A stretch of DNA of 64,000 nucleotides from Haliotis cracherodii. Its lineage: Eukaryota. Of the stretch, positions 1-11,770 are shown one piece after another; the stretch's first letter is position 1, and each line of letters starts with the position of its first letter. Location of the stretch: contig NW_027266279.1 of the NCBI RefSeq assembly GCF_022045235.1, forward strand, positions 3,410,001 to 3,474,000. Reading direction: 5' to 3'. Below the pieces are notes generated by a model. The model was not told the DNA's origin, made no database searches, and saw only the letters and a list, made by a program, of their open reading frames with translations. The translations under genes were made by a program, and so were the position numbers.

Positions 1-107
1 ATCACTAATTCCTACAGGTTTTGTTGATTGTTGCTTGAGAAGCTAGTTCTGAAACCTATGAATAATTTCTGATTAAAAAGAGACAATGCATTATTCGCTG
101 TAAGACT

Positions 108-377
108 GACCTGTGAAATTCCAAGTTAGAAAAGTTCTTCAGCAACCAATGTTTGCCGTAAAAGGCGACTGTGCTTGTCATAAGAGGCGACTAACGGGAT
201 TAGGTGATCAGGCTCGCTAACTTGGTTGATGCATGTCATCGATCCCAACTGCGTGCATTGATGCTCATGATGTCAATCACTGGATTGTCTGGTCCAGACT
301 CGATTATTAACAGACCGCTGTCATATAGCTGGAATATTGCTGAGTGCAGCGTTAAACAACAAACAACTAACAAACAA
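108..377 (+). mobile_element. SINE-like interspersed repeat, family A, copy 1
   Basis: Shares GACC.GTGAA...CTTGTC.TAAGAGGCGAC.AACGGGAT...CTGGTCCAGACTCGATTATT...GCTGGAATATTGCTGAGTGC with copies at 7666, 9055 (minus) and 11796; ends in a (CAAA)n-like tail. Confidence 0.85.
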
Positions 378-970
378 ATGCTGAAATACTGTAATTTGTT
401 TCACTGTGCTATATCTATTGCAACTGTCATTACTACAGCAAGGCATCAATGTCAACCATCTTGACTTAACAGCCATCTATTGCCATTGGCCTACACACAA
501 GAAATATCTTTGCATCTGCAGGTCAATTACTTACTACACCTATTACAGTGAATGGTAAATATGGTAAATAGTACAAATATCTTGGAATATCTTAGAAGTA
601 TGAATATACAAATAACCTAAAGTTGCAGAAATTCTCTTCAGTTTTAGTGGCAGAGAGATAAGTGATGTCATTTGATTGTGATGTCATGGTAACCGATTAC
701 ATCACAATGATTTGCAAAGCACTGTGATGTAATTGCATCAGTGTGATAGATTGCTCTTATCTCTTGTAAATCCAGTAGTAAATGAAAAATTATTTACGAG
801 AACAGCTTAATTATAAAATGTGTGAAAAGTTCATCCAAATTAGTGAGCATCAATTATGTGATAAATTGGTACTTTGCCCCACAAATTCAGGATTACATTG
901 TCCAGTGACTATTGGCGACACAAATGACATAACATCATGAACCTTTTCCTGACTTAATCAATTTGATCCA

Positions 971-1113
971 ACATTTTCTACATCATTACAATTTAAAAAC
1001 AATCTCTATTAGGACCAGTCATTGTTCTGGATGATGAACTGATCTGCAACATTTTGACATTTTCTTCATCATTACCATTTAAAAACAGTCTCCATCATTT
1101 AAGGACCAGTCAT
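971..1113. repeat. Local imperfect direct duplication of ~55 bp
   Basis: acattttct.catcattac.atttaaaaaca.tctc...aggaccagtcat occurs at ~971-1023 and ~1058-1113. Confidence 0.7.
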
Positions 1114-1217
1114 ATTTGTGAAACATTGTGCTACTGAAGGAAATCTATCTTGTCAATAAACTCATGCAGCATTTTATGGACCGAAGCAAGAACACATACA
1201 AATGTTCTGGCAGATCT

Positions 1218-1388
1218 CGTGGGCCTGGAGGGGCGGTCAGGGCATTCGCTCGTCATGCCGAGGACCCGGGTTCAATTCCCAACATGGGTACAATGTGTGA
1301 AGTCCATTTCTGGTGTCCCCCTCCATGATAATTCTGGAATATTGCTTAAAAGCGGCGTAAAACCATACTCGCTCACTAACTCACTCAC
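1218..1388 (+). mobile_element. tRNA-derived SINE, family B
   Basis: Pol III B-box GGTTCAATTCC at 1269-1279 in a tRNA-like head; 3' part ctggaatattgct..aagcggcgtaaaac resembles the family A tail; ends in (CTCA)n. Confidence 0.75.
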
Positions 1389-1650
1389 ATGTGGGCCTGG
1401 GTGCACCAAGTGTGCTCCCCACTTTCTTCAGTCACCAAATGTGTCAAGAGTGTCATGCAGAGCAAACTGTCCAAATGGGTTTTCGTTTACTTCGATAGAA
1501 TGTACATCCTCCCAAATCCCGGAACTTTTGTATAAAACTAACCTGTCATTTTTGAATGAATATATCTTCTTACTCTGCAATGTCAATTCTCCTATTATGT
1601 CCAAAAACAACTAAATAATATCATGTTGTGTTGGGCGAGCTAACAAAAAC

Positions 1651-2810
1651 CAGGGTACTGGGGACCCATTTCAAGTCAGGCTCTCAATACAAGAACAGGG
1701 TACTGGGGACCCATTTCAGTCGGGCTCTCAAGACATGCACAGGGTACTGGGGACCTATTTCAGTCGGGCTCTTAATACAAGAGCAGGGTACTGGGGACCC
1801 ATTTCAAGTCTGGCTCTCAATACAAGAACAGGGTACTGGGGACCTATTTCAGTCTGGCTCTAAATACAAGAACAGGGTACTGGGGACCCATTTCAAGTCT
1901 GGCTCTCAATACAAGAACAAGGTACTGGGTACCTATTTCCATCAGGCTCTCGAGACATGCACAGGGTACTGGGGACCTATTTCAGTCGGGCTCTCAATAC
2001 AAGAACAGGGTACTGGGGACTGATTTCAAGTCTGGCTCTCAATACAAGAACAGGGTACTGGGGACCTATTTCAGTCGGGCTCTCAATACAAGAACAGGGT
2101 ACTGGGGACCGATTTCCGTCGGGCTCTCAATACAAGAACAGGGTACTGGGGACCTATTTCAAGTCTGGCTCTCAATACAAGAACAGGGTACTGGGGACAC
2201 ATTTCAGTCGGGCTCTAAATACAAGAACAGGGTACTGGGGACCCATTTCAAGTCTGGCTCTCAATACAAGAACAAGGTACTGGGTACCTATTTCCATCGG
2301 GCTCTCGAGACATGCACAGGGTACTGGGGACCTATTTCAGTCGGGCTCTCAATACAAGAACAGGGTACTGGGGACTGATTTCAAGTCTCGCTCTCAATAC
2401 AAGAACAGGGTACTGGGGACCTATTTCAGTCGGGCTCTCAATACAAGAACAGGGTACTGGGGACCGATTTCCGTCGGGCTCTCAATACAAGAACAGGGTA
2501 CTGGGGACCTATTTCAAGTCTGGCTCTCAATACAAGAACAGGGTACTGGGGACGCATTTCAGTCGGGCTCTCAATACAAGAACAGGGTACTGGGGACCTA
2601 TTTCAGTCGGGCTCTCAATACAAGAACAGGGTACTGGGTACCTATTTCCATCGGGCTCTCGAGACATGCACAGGGTACTGGGGACATATTTCAGTCAGGC
2701 TCTCAATACAAGAACAGGGTACTGGGAACCTATTTCAGTCGGGCTCTCAAGACAAGCACAGGGTACTGAGGACCTATTTCAGTCGGGCTCTAAAGACAAG
2801 CACAGGGACC
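1651..2810. repeat. 44/45-bp minisatellite, ~26 units
   Basis: Consensus CAGGGTACTGGGGACCTATTTCAGTCGGGCTCTCAATACAAGAA; the ORFs at 1628-2923 are read-through of this repeat. Confidence 0.95.
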
Positions 2811-3814
2811 TGGTCTCCCCAGAATTGTCTGCCACAAAAATACAAAGTTGCAAGATTTCTTTTTTTTGTTTTGTTATGGCTCATAGTTTTAATGAAAAAA
2901 GTATCTGGTTTATGCAGCGTTAGCTAAAAAAATAATCAGTCTCCACAAAAACTTCCAGGCCCTCTTTGGCAAATTCCAATACAATGTGGTTTGAATATTT
3001 TTTATACATGTATTGGCATGTGAACTGCAGAGGGAGGTTTAGTATAATCCTCCAATGGTTAATGAAATAAATTCAAGTCATTCGTCATAGGTTTTCAAGA
3101 AAAAACTCCTCTCCATTTGTTGCTGTTTATAAGCATAACAATTGTAACCACTGTGCATATCAAACACTGTTTCCCGGTCAACTAAGATTGAGTTTTGAAT
3201 TATTTTTTTAATTGTTTAAAAAAACAATTAATACTTGCAAATATAATGAATTATTCAAACATTCAGTTATCAATTCAGACCTCAAAATTCTCAAAAACCT
3301 TCTCAACTCTACATAAAATAGCAATACTAGATGTCATCATATTTGATATCAACAAATTGGTTTTACATAACATCACTAAGGATTTGTCATCAACCCTCTG
3401 CAACAGTTTGAATATTGATTGCAAAGATATCTCACGATGTCAGCTCAAATAAATGGAAGATAACTGAGATTGTGACGACGCATCAAATTCAGAGACATCA
3501 GTCTCCTTCAGATTGACTGTACCATCAAAGGGCGTGGCATGAATGGTATAAATTACACTGTTGTCATGACAACCATAATGAAGTGTCAGGTTACACAATG
3601 AAGCAATCTCCAATTTGTTTGGTAAATGACATGGGAATGGAATTCTACAAGATGGAGACACTTCCCTTGAAAGGTCGAAATCAGATCTTTTGGAAGAGTG
3701 CGATTATGTGATTTCAAATGAATCTCAATCTTCTCTTCACACATGTAACAGAATTTGAAAGATAAGCATTTGATGAGAGTAACAAATCAAGTATTGTTGG
3801 TTCGGTTTGCATCT

Positions 3815-4376
3815 GGTGGAGAGATATAGGCGTATCTAGTGGTGAGATACAGATGTGTCTACTAGTGAGATACAGGTGTGTCTATTGGAGAGATACAGGT
3901 GTGTCTAGTGGTGAGATACAGGTGTGTCTAGTGGTGAGATACAGGTGTATTGAATGGTGAGAAATAGATGTGTCTTCTGGTGAGATACAGGTGTTTCTAG
4001 GAGTGAGATACAGGTGTGTCTTGTGATGAGATACCGGTGTGTCCCATGGTGACATACAGGTGTGTATAGTGGTGAGATACAGGTGTGTCTAGTATTGAGA
4101 TACCGGTGTTTCAAGTGATGAGATACAGTTGTGTCTACTGGTGAGATACAGGTGTGTCGAGTGGTGAGATACAGGTGTATCTAGTGGTGAGATACAGGTG
4201 TCTAGTGGTGAGATACAGGTGTGCCTAGTGGTGAGATACAGGTGTATCTAGTGGTGAGATCCAGGTGTGTCTAGTGGTGAGATACAGGTGTATCTAGTGG
4301 TGAGATACAGGTGTCAAGTGGTGAGATCAGTGTGTCTAGTGGTGAGATACAGGTGTGTCTAGTGGTGAGATACAGG
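3815..4376. repeat. 21-23-bp minisatellite, left part
   Basis: Unit CTAGTGGTGAGATACAGGTGT(GT/AT). Confidence 0.95.
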
Positions 4377-5392
4377 TTTATCATATAATGGGTAGGTTTC
4401 TCGGCAGGATAAAGCCAACGGATAAAAACGATATCCGTTGGGGTCATGTGCGGATAGAGATGCAAATATCAAAGGTCAAGTAGGGACTACTTTCACTGTT
4501 TACAAACAACATGGCGTCGCCCTTGTCATTCGGCGATCGAGTCAGAATTAACCATCGGGAATCTGGATAAACTAAAGGGATAATTGCTATCTTTATTAAA
4601 AGAACAGTCTAATATACTGAAAATCAGTGTCTAACTGTGATGTAGCTAAGGCATTTTATAACTTTTGGCAACTTTGGAGATATAAATTTCGAAACAATTT
4701 TGCGAGGGCACTAGGCCCAGCCAAGCGGGATCAGTAGCCATATCTGTGCTTGTCGACCTCTGCGGCTTTAAACCTTTTCCACAAATTGAAATAGTTGGAT
4801 TAGGCCGAAATATGTTTGAATTGTTACCTTGTTTTGTTTTGTCGCTCTGTGTTCATCTGACTGTACTTGACGTTATGATAGGACAGACCGACTGTCAACA
4901 AAGTCTGAACGTGGCCGTGACGTCTCAAAGACTAGGGTTTGAGTAGCTTCCCTTTGACAAAGGGCAGTTACTCTAGCGGACAGACCGATGGATTGCCGCG
5001 AAATGCAAGTAAAAACAGTTGTTGTTTTGCGTATATGTTGCTTCGCCACTGTATAAGAAACAGATTTTAGTTGGAGCTATATTGGCTACTGTCACAGTCC
5101 GACTGACACATCACTTACCCTGTGACCTAATAAATATTAATGCGCGCATTCCAGAAAAAATCGCAATGTTTCGGTAATGTTTGTGAGAGAGGGAGAGCTA
5201 TTTTCAAGCACAGAATTAAAGAATGACATTATATGATAAAGAGGTTATCACGCTTGTGTGTTCAGGGATGGTAAATATCCTGTATTAGGAATAAACACTA
5301 TGTATTTAGCTCGCCAAGGCTCGCTAAATACAATGTTTATTCCTAATGCAGGATATTTACAATCCCCAAACACACTCGCGTGATAACCTCTA
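4377..5392. mobile_element. ~1-kb non-autonomous element with a 14-bp inverted repeat and a terminal ~152-bp hairpin, inserted in the minisatellite
   Basis: TTTATCATATAATG (4377-4390) and CATTATATGATAAA (5227-5240); imperfect palindrome 5240-5391; the minisatellite resumes in register at 5393. Confidence 0.75.
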
Positions 5393-5612
5393 TGTATCTA
5401 GTAGTGAGATACAGGTGTCTAGTGGTGAGATACAGGTGTATCTAGTGTTGAGATACAGGTGTATCTAGTAGTGAGATACAGGTGTCTAGTGGTGAGATAC
5501 AGGTGTATCTAGTGGTGAGATACAGGTGTCTAGTGGTGAGATACAGGTGTCAAGTGGTGAGATACAGGTGTGTCTAGTGGTGAGATACAACAGTGTGTAG
5601 TGGTGAGATACC
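5393..5612. repeat. 21-23-bp minisatellite, right part
   Basis: Same unit as 3815-4376. Confidence 0.95.
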
Positions 5613-6454
5613 ACAGATATTGAAAATTTTTTAAAATACCTTTGGTCCATTTCCAATGAACCAGGAGTTACAAACTGTACACTACGGTTCTGTGTAATCT
5701 CACCATTACTTTGCCAACATCATCTGCTCATAAATCCTAAACTTCATGTGAAAATGGACATTCTGAATGTCAGGAAATATTAGGATGCACAACCAGTTGA
5801 CTTGTCAAATATATGCCCAATTATAGTGTACTGCAGCTGTCTACGCAGTTTGCAGGTTCTTATCTGCTTGACTTTTGCCATGTCTGTTGCAACACCTCAA
5901 CAATTTACCTTGTAAGATAATATCCCTGAATGTTTTCAATCCTAACAATCGGAACTGCAAACAAATCATGGGCGATAAAACCACTCGAACAATTCTTGCT
6001 CAAAATAACACTCCTCTCGTCGCTTATGGCAACAGCAAGAGAACAATCTCCAGATGCATCTTTGTGATCGGGGCTTATTATGTCGAATTATAAACGTACA
6101 TGAGCCTTTGTTTATGACTAACAGTTCTTCAGGAGTTGGTATGAGAGACACCTGGTGGTATGTGTAGCCACTGTCAGTAAAACTGCATGATGGGATAAAT
6201 CTTGCTGCTTGAATCTCAAGGCCAGATCAATTTGTATTGCTGTTTTACAGGGTGTACTTTCAAAACTAGACAAAATCTAAAAATGATTATTTCATTTGCA
6301 CTGTTGCTCAGCTGGATATGTAATCAACAGCTTAAAATGGCCACAAATAGCTTTCTCATTATCGCGAAAATAGAACATTTATGTCTAAATTCATTTTGTT
6401 AACAGGGACTGTTACCAGTCAACCTACATTTTATAGTTACCACTACTAATAATA

Positions 6455-6760
6455 GGCAATTTATACCGAGCTGTATTTCGACACAACACGGGGGGTGGGG
6501 CATGCTCAAAGCGCTACACTATTATTACCCACGTCAGTGGATCAGTGTGCACTTGATTTCATTCTCAGCTCCCTTGGCTCTATGCAAACCAAGCTGCTTG
6601 TGGGGCACTATAAGGTTAACGGTCACCTACTGGGCACCCATTTACTGCTGGGTGAACAGAGGCCTCTTTCTAAAAAAGTCACTTGTCTCAGGAAACACCA
6701 GGTGTGCACCATGTCCAGTGTGGGGCAGCTTGATATTTGTCACATGTAGTATCGGCAGTG
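6455..6760 (-). mobile_element. Decayed SINE-like element, boundaries approximate
   Basis: Minus strand reads CCTCTGTTCACCCAGCAGTAAATGGGTGCC and GCGCTTTGAGCATG, resembling conserved central and L2-type tail motifs of invertebrate SINEs (recalled resemblance). Confidence 0.45.
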
Positions 6761-7665
6761 GTTGGTGCTGCATCAATCATGTCAAACCAAAATATATCCA
6801 GCTTTAAAACTGTAAATATTTAGCTCCAATTGTTTATATCAATCTCCATTCAATCTCTATCATCTATCATCTCAAACTTCCCAATTCCAGACTCTTTCGG
6901 AACATGATCCCAATATTGTCATATCTGATAACAGTTTGCCACACTGGTGATGAAAACGTCAAGCATATCCCAAACCATCAACAAATGTTTTGGCAGACAG
7001 TAGTCCTAAAGAAGCAGTCTTGCCGCCAGCAGAACATATGGAGACCAACATCGGACCACATCACTACTAACCAGTTAAGTCGTCATGATTGCCATAACTA
7101 GATACTGCTGCTGAGGTTTGTCATAATATACACCGTTGCTAAATGTGTAATGCCGGCCTGGTTTTCTGCCAGGATACCCCAGGGGGGATTACAGGGCAAA
7201 AGAGAACCTCATTCACCCTGTAGTGTCGTAAGGGCCATGGGTGGCCGTAACCTAAAGCACTGCAATTTATTTTACAGAGTTATGTCCCTTAGGTGCACCA
7301 GAAGGCTATGATCCTGCCTTCAAATCTCAATTGGCCCTGATATTGATTCTTGGTTTGTTATCACTGTGGAAACCACCTGTATTTCTTCGTGCTTTCCTTC
7401 GACATTAAGCCGCCATGTGGTGATATAACCAAAATACTGGTCGGCACTAAACCCAATTCACTCACTCACTCTGTTTCATAAGAGCAAACAAAGGTGATGA
7501 TAAGGATTGACAATGTGTCTCCTGGCTGATGTTTTTTTCATTGTTCCTCGATGGAATGTCTTATTGTCCATGCTATCAGTCATTGGTTTAACTAGCACGA
7601 CATTCACAGGTTGCCATGATACATATCACAATCACTGCATTGCACCACCATACTCAGTTCTCAGA

Positions 7666-7926
7666 GACCCGTGAAGATCTAGGGTAGAATAGGTCTTCAG
7701 CAACCCATACTTGCCGTAAAAGACGACTATGCTTGTCGGAAAAGGCGACGAACGGGATCGGGTGGTCAGGCTTGCTGACTTGGTTGATACATGTCATCGA
7801 TCCCAATTGCGTGGATTGATGCTCATGATGTCAATCACTGGATTGTCTGGTCCAGACTCGATTATTTTACAGACCGCTGCTGGAATATTGCTGAGTGCGG
7901 CCTTAAACAACAAACAAACAAACAAA
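7666..7926 (+). mobile_element. SINE family A, copy 2
   Basis: GACCCGTGAAGATC start, full body, (CAAA)n tail. Confidence 0.9.
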
Positions 7927-9054
7927 TATGGTAGTGTAACATTTCAATCTAAATGCATATTGTAAGTTTCATCAGTAAGATTTAATTAGCCGATGTGTTA
8001 TAATGAGAAGTGAAACTATGGAATTATATTTATAGTACAGGCAAAATAAGGTTTCACTTGGAACAAATTAGGAAATGTATATGTTGTCTGCATTGTTGAT
8101 TCATGATCAAATTGTTGTTTGATCCGTTTGATATATGAAATGGCATTTTTCATGTAGGTTTACTGCATCCATTTTTTAACAGAATGGCCGACACTCGTGC
8201 CATTGGCGACGTTTCTGTGTCATTCACAGGGTATGCATTTGTTACAGCTTGTTTCATCTTAATATGCCAAGATGCAAATGTCATATTGTATTTACAAATG
8301 CCCATTTCATTCATAACTACATGTGTGTTTGGTATACTCTTAACACTGTTCAGTAAGCATGTAAAATATAGCTGTTTGTTTTTCATGATTTACAGTGAAT
8401 AACTTATTACTTGATTTCCATATTTACCATATATAAGCACACACTCTCAGTGCTTAGAAAATTGATAATGGGGGCTTTTATTAAATCCATATACAATGAG
8501 TTAAATTTGTTTTCTGTGATTGAGCAGAAGTGAACAACCGTAGTTCAAATGTTGATGAAACCTACAACTAATACAACCTAAAACTTATGTTAACATGCAC
8601 CAAGTGCACGTAAAAAGTCTTCAAATTTGTGTCTTGACTAACCCTAAATTGTCCACTAAACACACACAAAATCTCCAAACTTTAATTTCAATACAACCTC
8701 ACTAATCCCTATGTTGTGTGTAACGTGTCACGCTTCCTTGGGCCTGACATCATGAATTTGTGGGTTCTTCACGATTATGTACTGTAAGGTAGCTTCATAT
8801 ATCACTGAAATTGTCTTCCCAATCACATTATGATATCTATATTATCAAACTAATGATAATCATTATGCAATTTTGATGGTTTTATATTGTGTGCACAAAA
8901 CATTGTCAGGCATCATATACTATTTTGAGAACTTCATCCCTAAAACATACATAAGAGATAGAGAACAAAGGGCATAACAAGCCCAAACAAAGTTGTCCTC
9001 GCAGACCTTTATGTCCTGACGAGTACTGTCACACGTCCTCTGTCAGTGTTGGAT

Positions 9055-9310
9055 GTTTATGTTGATTCTTGCTTAACACTCAGCACTCAGCTATATAAAG
9101 GGGGTCTGTAAATAATAGAGTCTGGACCAGACAATCCAGTGATTGATATCATGAGCATCAATCCACACATTTGGGATCGAGGACATGCATCAACCAAGTC
9201 AGCAAGACTGACCATCCGATCCCGTTAGTCGCCTCTTGCGACAAGCATAGGCACTTCTTATGGCAAGTATGGGTTGCTGAAGACCTATTCTAACCAGATC
9301 TTCACGGGTT
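9055..9310 (-). mobile_element. SINE family A, copy 3, inverted
   Basis: Reverse complement of the family A body; ends gatcttcacgggt at ~9310. Confidence 0.85.
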
Positions 9311-11727
9311 TATCAACTCATACTATAACAGTTCACATTAACAGCAGTTTCAATTGATGCTTTCCACTTGAAGCTACACTACAGGAATCTGTGGACATAC
9401 ACATGATGCAGTTTGAACGGCACTGTCATGTGAAAGGAACCTGCAGGAGTACATTATCGCAACATAAATTTACTAAAGGAGACCCAAATGACAAATACCA
9501 CATTGGATCAGAGCTGTATTCTAATTCCTTTAATATCTGTTCCCTAATTTATTTCCATCAGTATATATCTAAGATTGTGATGAATCATTGTTCAAACAAA
9601 CTTTATTTTTGTAACAAATGGATCGCTGATCATCGTTCTCAAAATCCTTCAAATGTGGATAAATATCAGTAGCTTTTTTTCCTTCTGCGCACTTATTAGT
9701 TACCGTATTCGACGTAATAAACGCCCACAGCGATATTTGCTAATATATTGACTAGTGAACAATCCCAATTAGCACCCCTTCAGACTGATCGATGTACACA
9801 AGACTTATTTATTCGCGTATAATACGCACTCGTGTGTTATATGCACCCTTAATTATAGGCAATTAAATTCTGGAAAAATATATCTGTCATATATAAACAT
9901 TTCAGGCTGTCAGCATAAATCACGAAATTTATCTTTGAACTCTGTTTTTTTTCACCAAAATAATATTCTAACAAGAGCCCCCGATTTCTTATTTTGAGAG
10001 CGCCGTCGGTACGGTAATTCTTTTGCTAGAGTCAAGGTATTCTGGATTCCATTTTTGTCATGATTAATTTGTATAATGTTGATCTGATGCTCTTTTTATT
10101 TAAAGTGCCAATGTTTCCCAGGAAAAGGTTGGAATCAGTTAGTAGAATTCCAGATAAGCATGACACTTTTGGCACATCTTTTCAACTGTGACTTAATGAG
10201 AGTCGACAAGACAACACAGCTCTTGAATCATGTGTTTGCAAAATTTCATGAAAAACAGGTTGTGAATGAGATTTTGCCCAACCTTTAAGTATCTGCCTTC
10301 ATTCTGTGCTCTATTATTAAAAAAGAATAAGAGTGTTGACAAAATATGACATAGTGCTAAGACTGATCCCTCCACTATAATAATTTGGCAGTGCCTATTA
10401 AGCATTCAGAGCCAGTTTATGAGAAAAACTATTGTTGCTAAGATTGCATTCATTTAACAAATATGTGAAACTGCCAGAAGAAGATTATTGCATGTCATTT
10501 AATTTTGATATCAAATATTATCAGAAAAAAACTTGTATTAGCAGATCTTACAATAAATATGATTTGATCAACTGTTTTGAGAGCAACAATTTTGTAGTCC
10601 ATGGTCACAAAATGATTCTTTTACGAATGCTTCTTATACCGTAAGGTGACTAAATCCTGCTCGGGTTTACTCGGCGTATTCCGCTACTTACATAACACCT
10701 CAGGGAGCAATGGAGAAGCGAGTTCACTGTAAACGGTGGAACGCGAGATCCCGCCAAATATATAGTTCGAATAACATGCTAGCAGTTTGGAATACATGTT
10801 ATTCTGTGGTTAACAATAATAGAATAGGTATACACTCTAATTTGCAGACAAGATCAAACTGAAAACAATTTGAACAGTTATGAAGGATTCACGACTGCCG
10901 CCAGGTTAATTTGTGTCATGTGATGGTCACGTGCACGCAACTAGTTCCAATATGGATACCTGACCGTGGGAGCCGGGGTCCTTAATGGACGGAGGAACTT
11001 ATTCTTGCATTATATTTCAAAGTCCTGAATATTTCAACAGAAAACTACCACAAATTAAAATGGTTGATATTTTTTTCAGTAATACAAACAGATTCGGCAC
11101 CGGGCAAACCACACAACCCTTCCGATCAAGAAATAAGTTTATTATAGCGAATGCCATTTAAGTTGTTGGGCTTCAAAATCATTGGGTATGGATGACAGAA
11201 ATAATCGAACATTGCCGTGGACTGGTGATTTACATCTTCAAACTATCTAAACACATATTTATTAAAACAAGAGACGATAAAATAGTTCATGGTCTCTATA
11301 AAAACTTACCAATATCGTTCGCGACCACCGGAAGTCGTTGCTGTAACTATAACGGACGAGTCTAAGTTTTAGCAGGGAGTGTATATGACGTGTGAGATGG
11401 ACCTGATTTTAGGTAAATATTATTGCAATACAAGACAGAAAAGAAACGAGGTGTCAACACGACCCCAAATCCAGTGTTGTATGTTGAATAATCAATATTT
11501 GGCTCCTAAATGCAAACATTGTTTTAAACAAATGTTGCAATCACTTGCACCGGTTGAAGTAGCCTAAATAGGGGAAACCTACTATTGTGTGGATTCACTA
11601 TACCTTCCAGGAAATGTGTGATATCGACGGGTCTTACTGCACCCGCCGGTCTTTGTGTCCATCTTCGAATCAAGTGCAGCCAAACAAATGTCTCCTCAAA
11701 TCTCATTAAACTCCGATCTTAGTTCTC

Positions 11728-11770
11728 GAATGACCATGTAGCAAATACACAAGGCTTTTGTATATAAATG
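11728..11770 (-). promoter_or_regulatory. Orphan copy of the array gene's core promoter (TATA-like to Inr) with no gene attached
   Basis: gaatgaccatgtagcaaatacacaaggcttttgtatataaatg aligns to array sequence gaatgaccatatagcaaatacacaaggccttttatacaaatg (15759-15800). Confidence 0.8.

Noticed and set aside
204-464. Similar ORFs at 204, 7729 and 11841 suggesting a gene family
   Set aside because: They are translations of SINE family A copies; the 11841 ORF also runs into the LINE remnant.
1218-1290. Possible tRNA gene
   Set aside because: It has a B-box but no complete cloverleaf or oligo-T terminator, and it continues into a SINE body and tail.
1651-5612. Minisatellites as a possible CRISPR array or coding repeats
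   Set aside because: There are no unique spacers or cas genes, the context is eukaryotic, and unit lengths do not keep a reading frame.
5620-6200. Possible decayed coding sequence here and at 3190-3760
   Set aside because: The frames I read contain multiple stops and no motif I can identify with confidence; a translated search would be needed.
9700-11400. TACCGTA...TACGGTA ends and other possible DNA-transposon termini
   Set aside because: The inverted matches are only ~7 bp, and I could not define element boundaries or TSDs.
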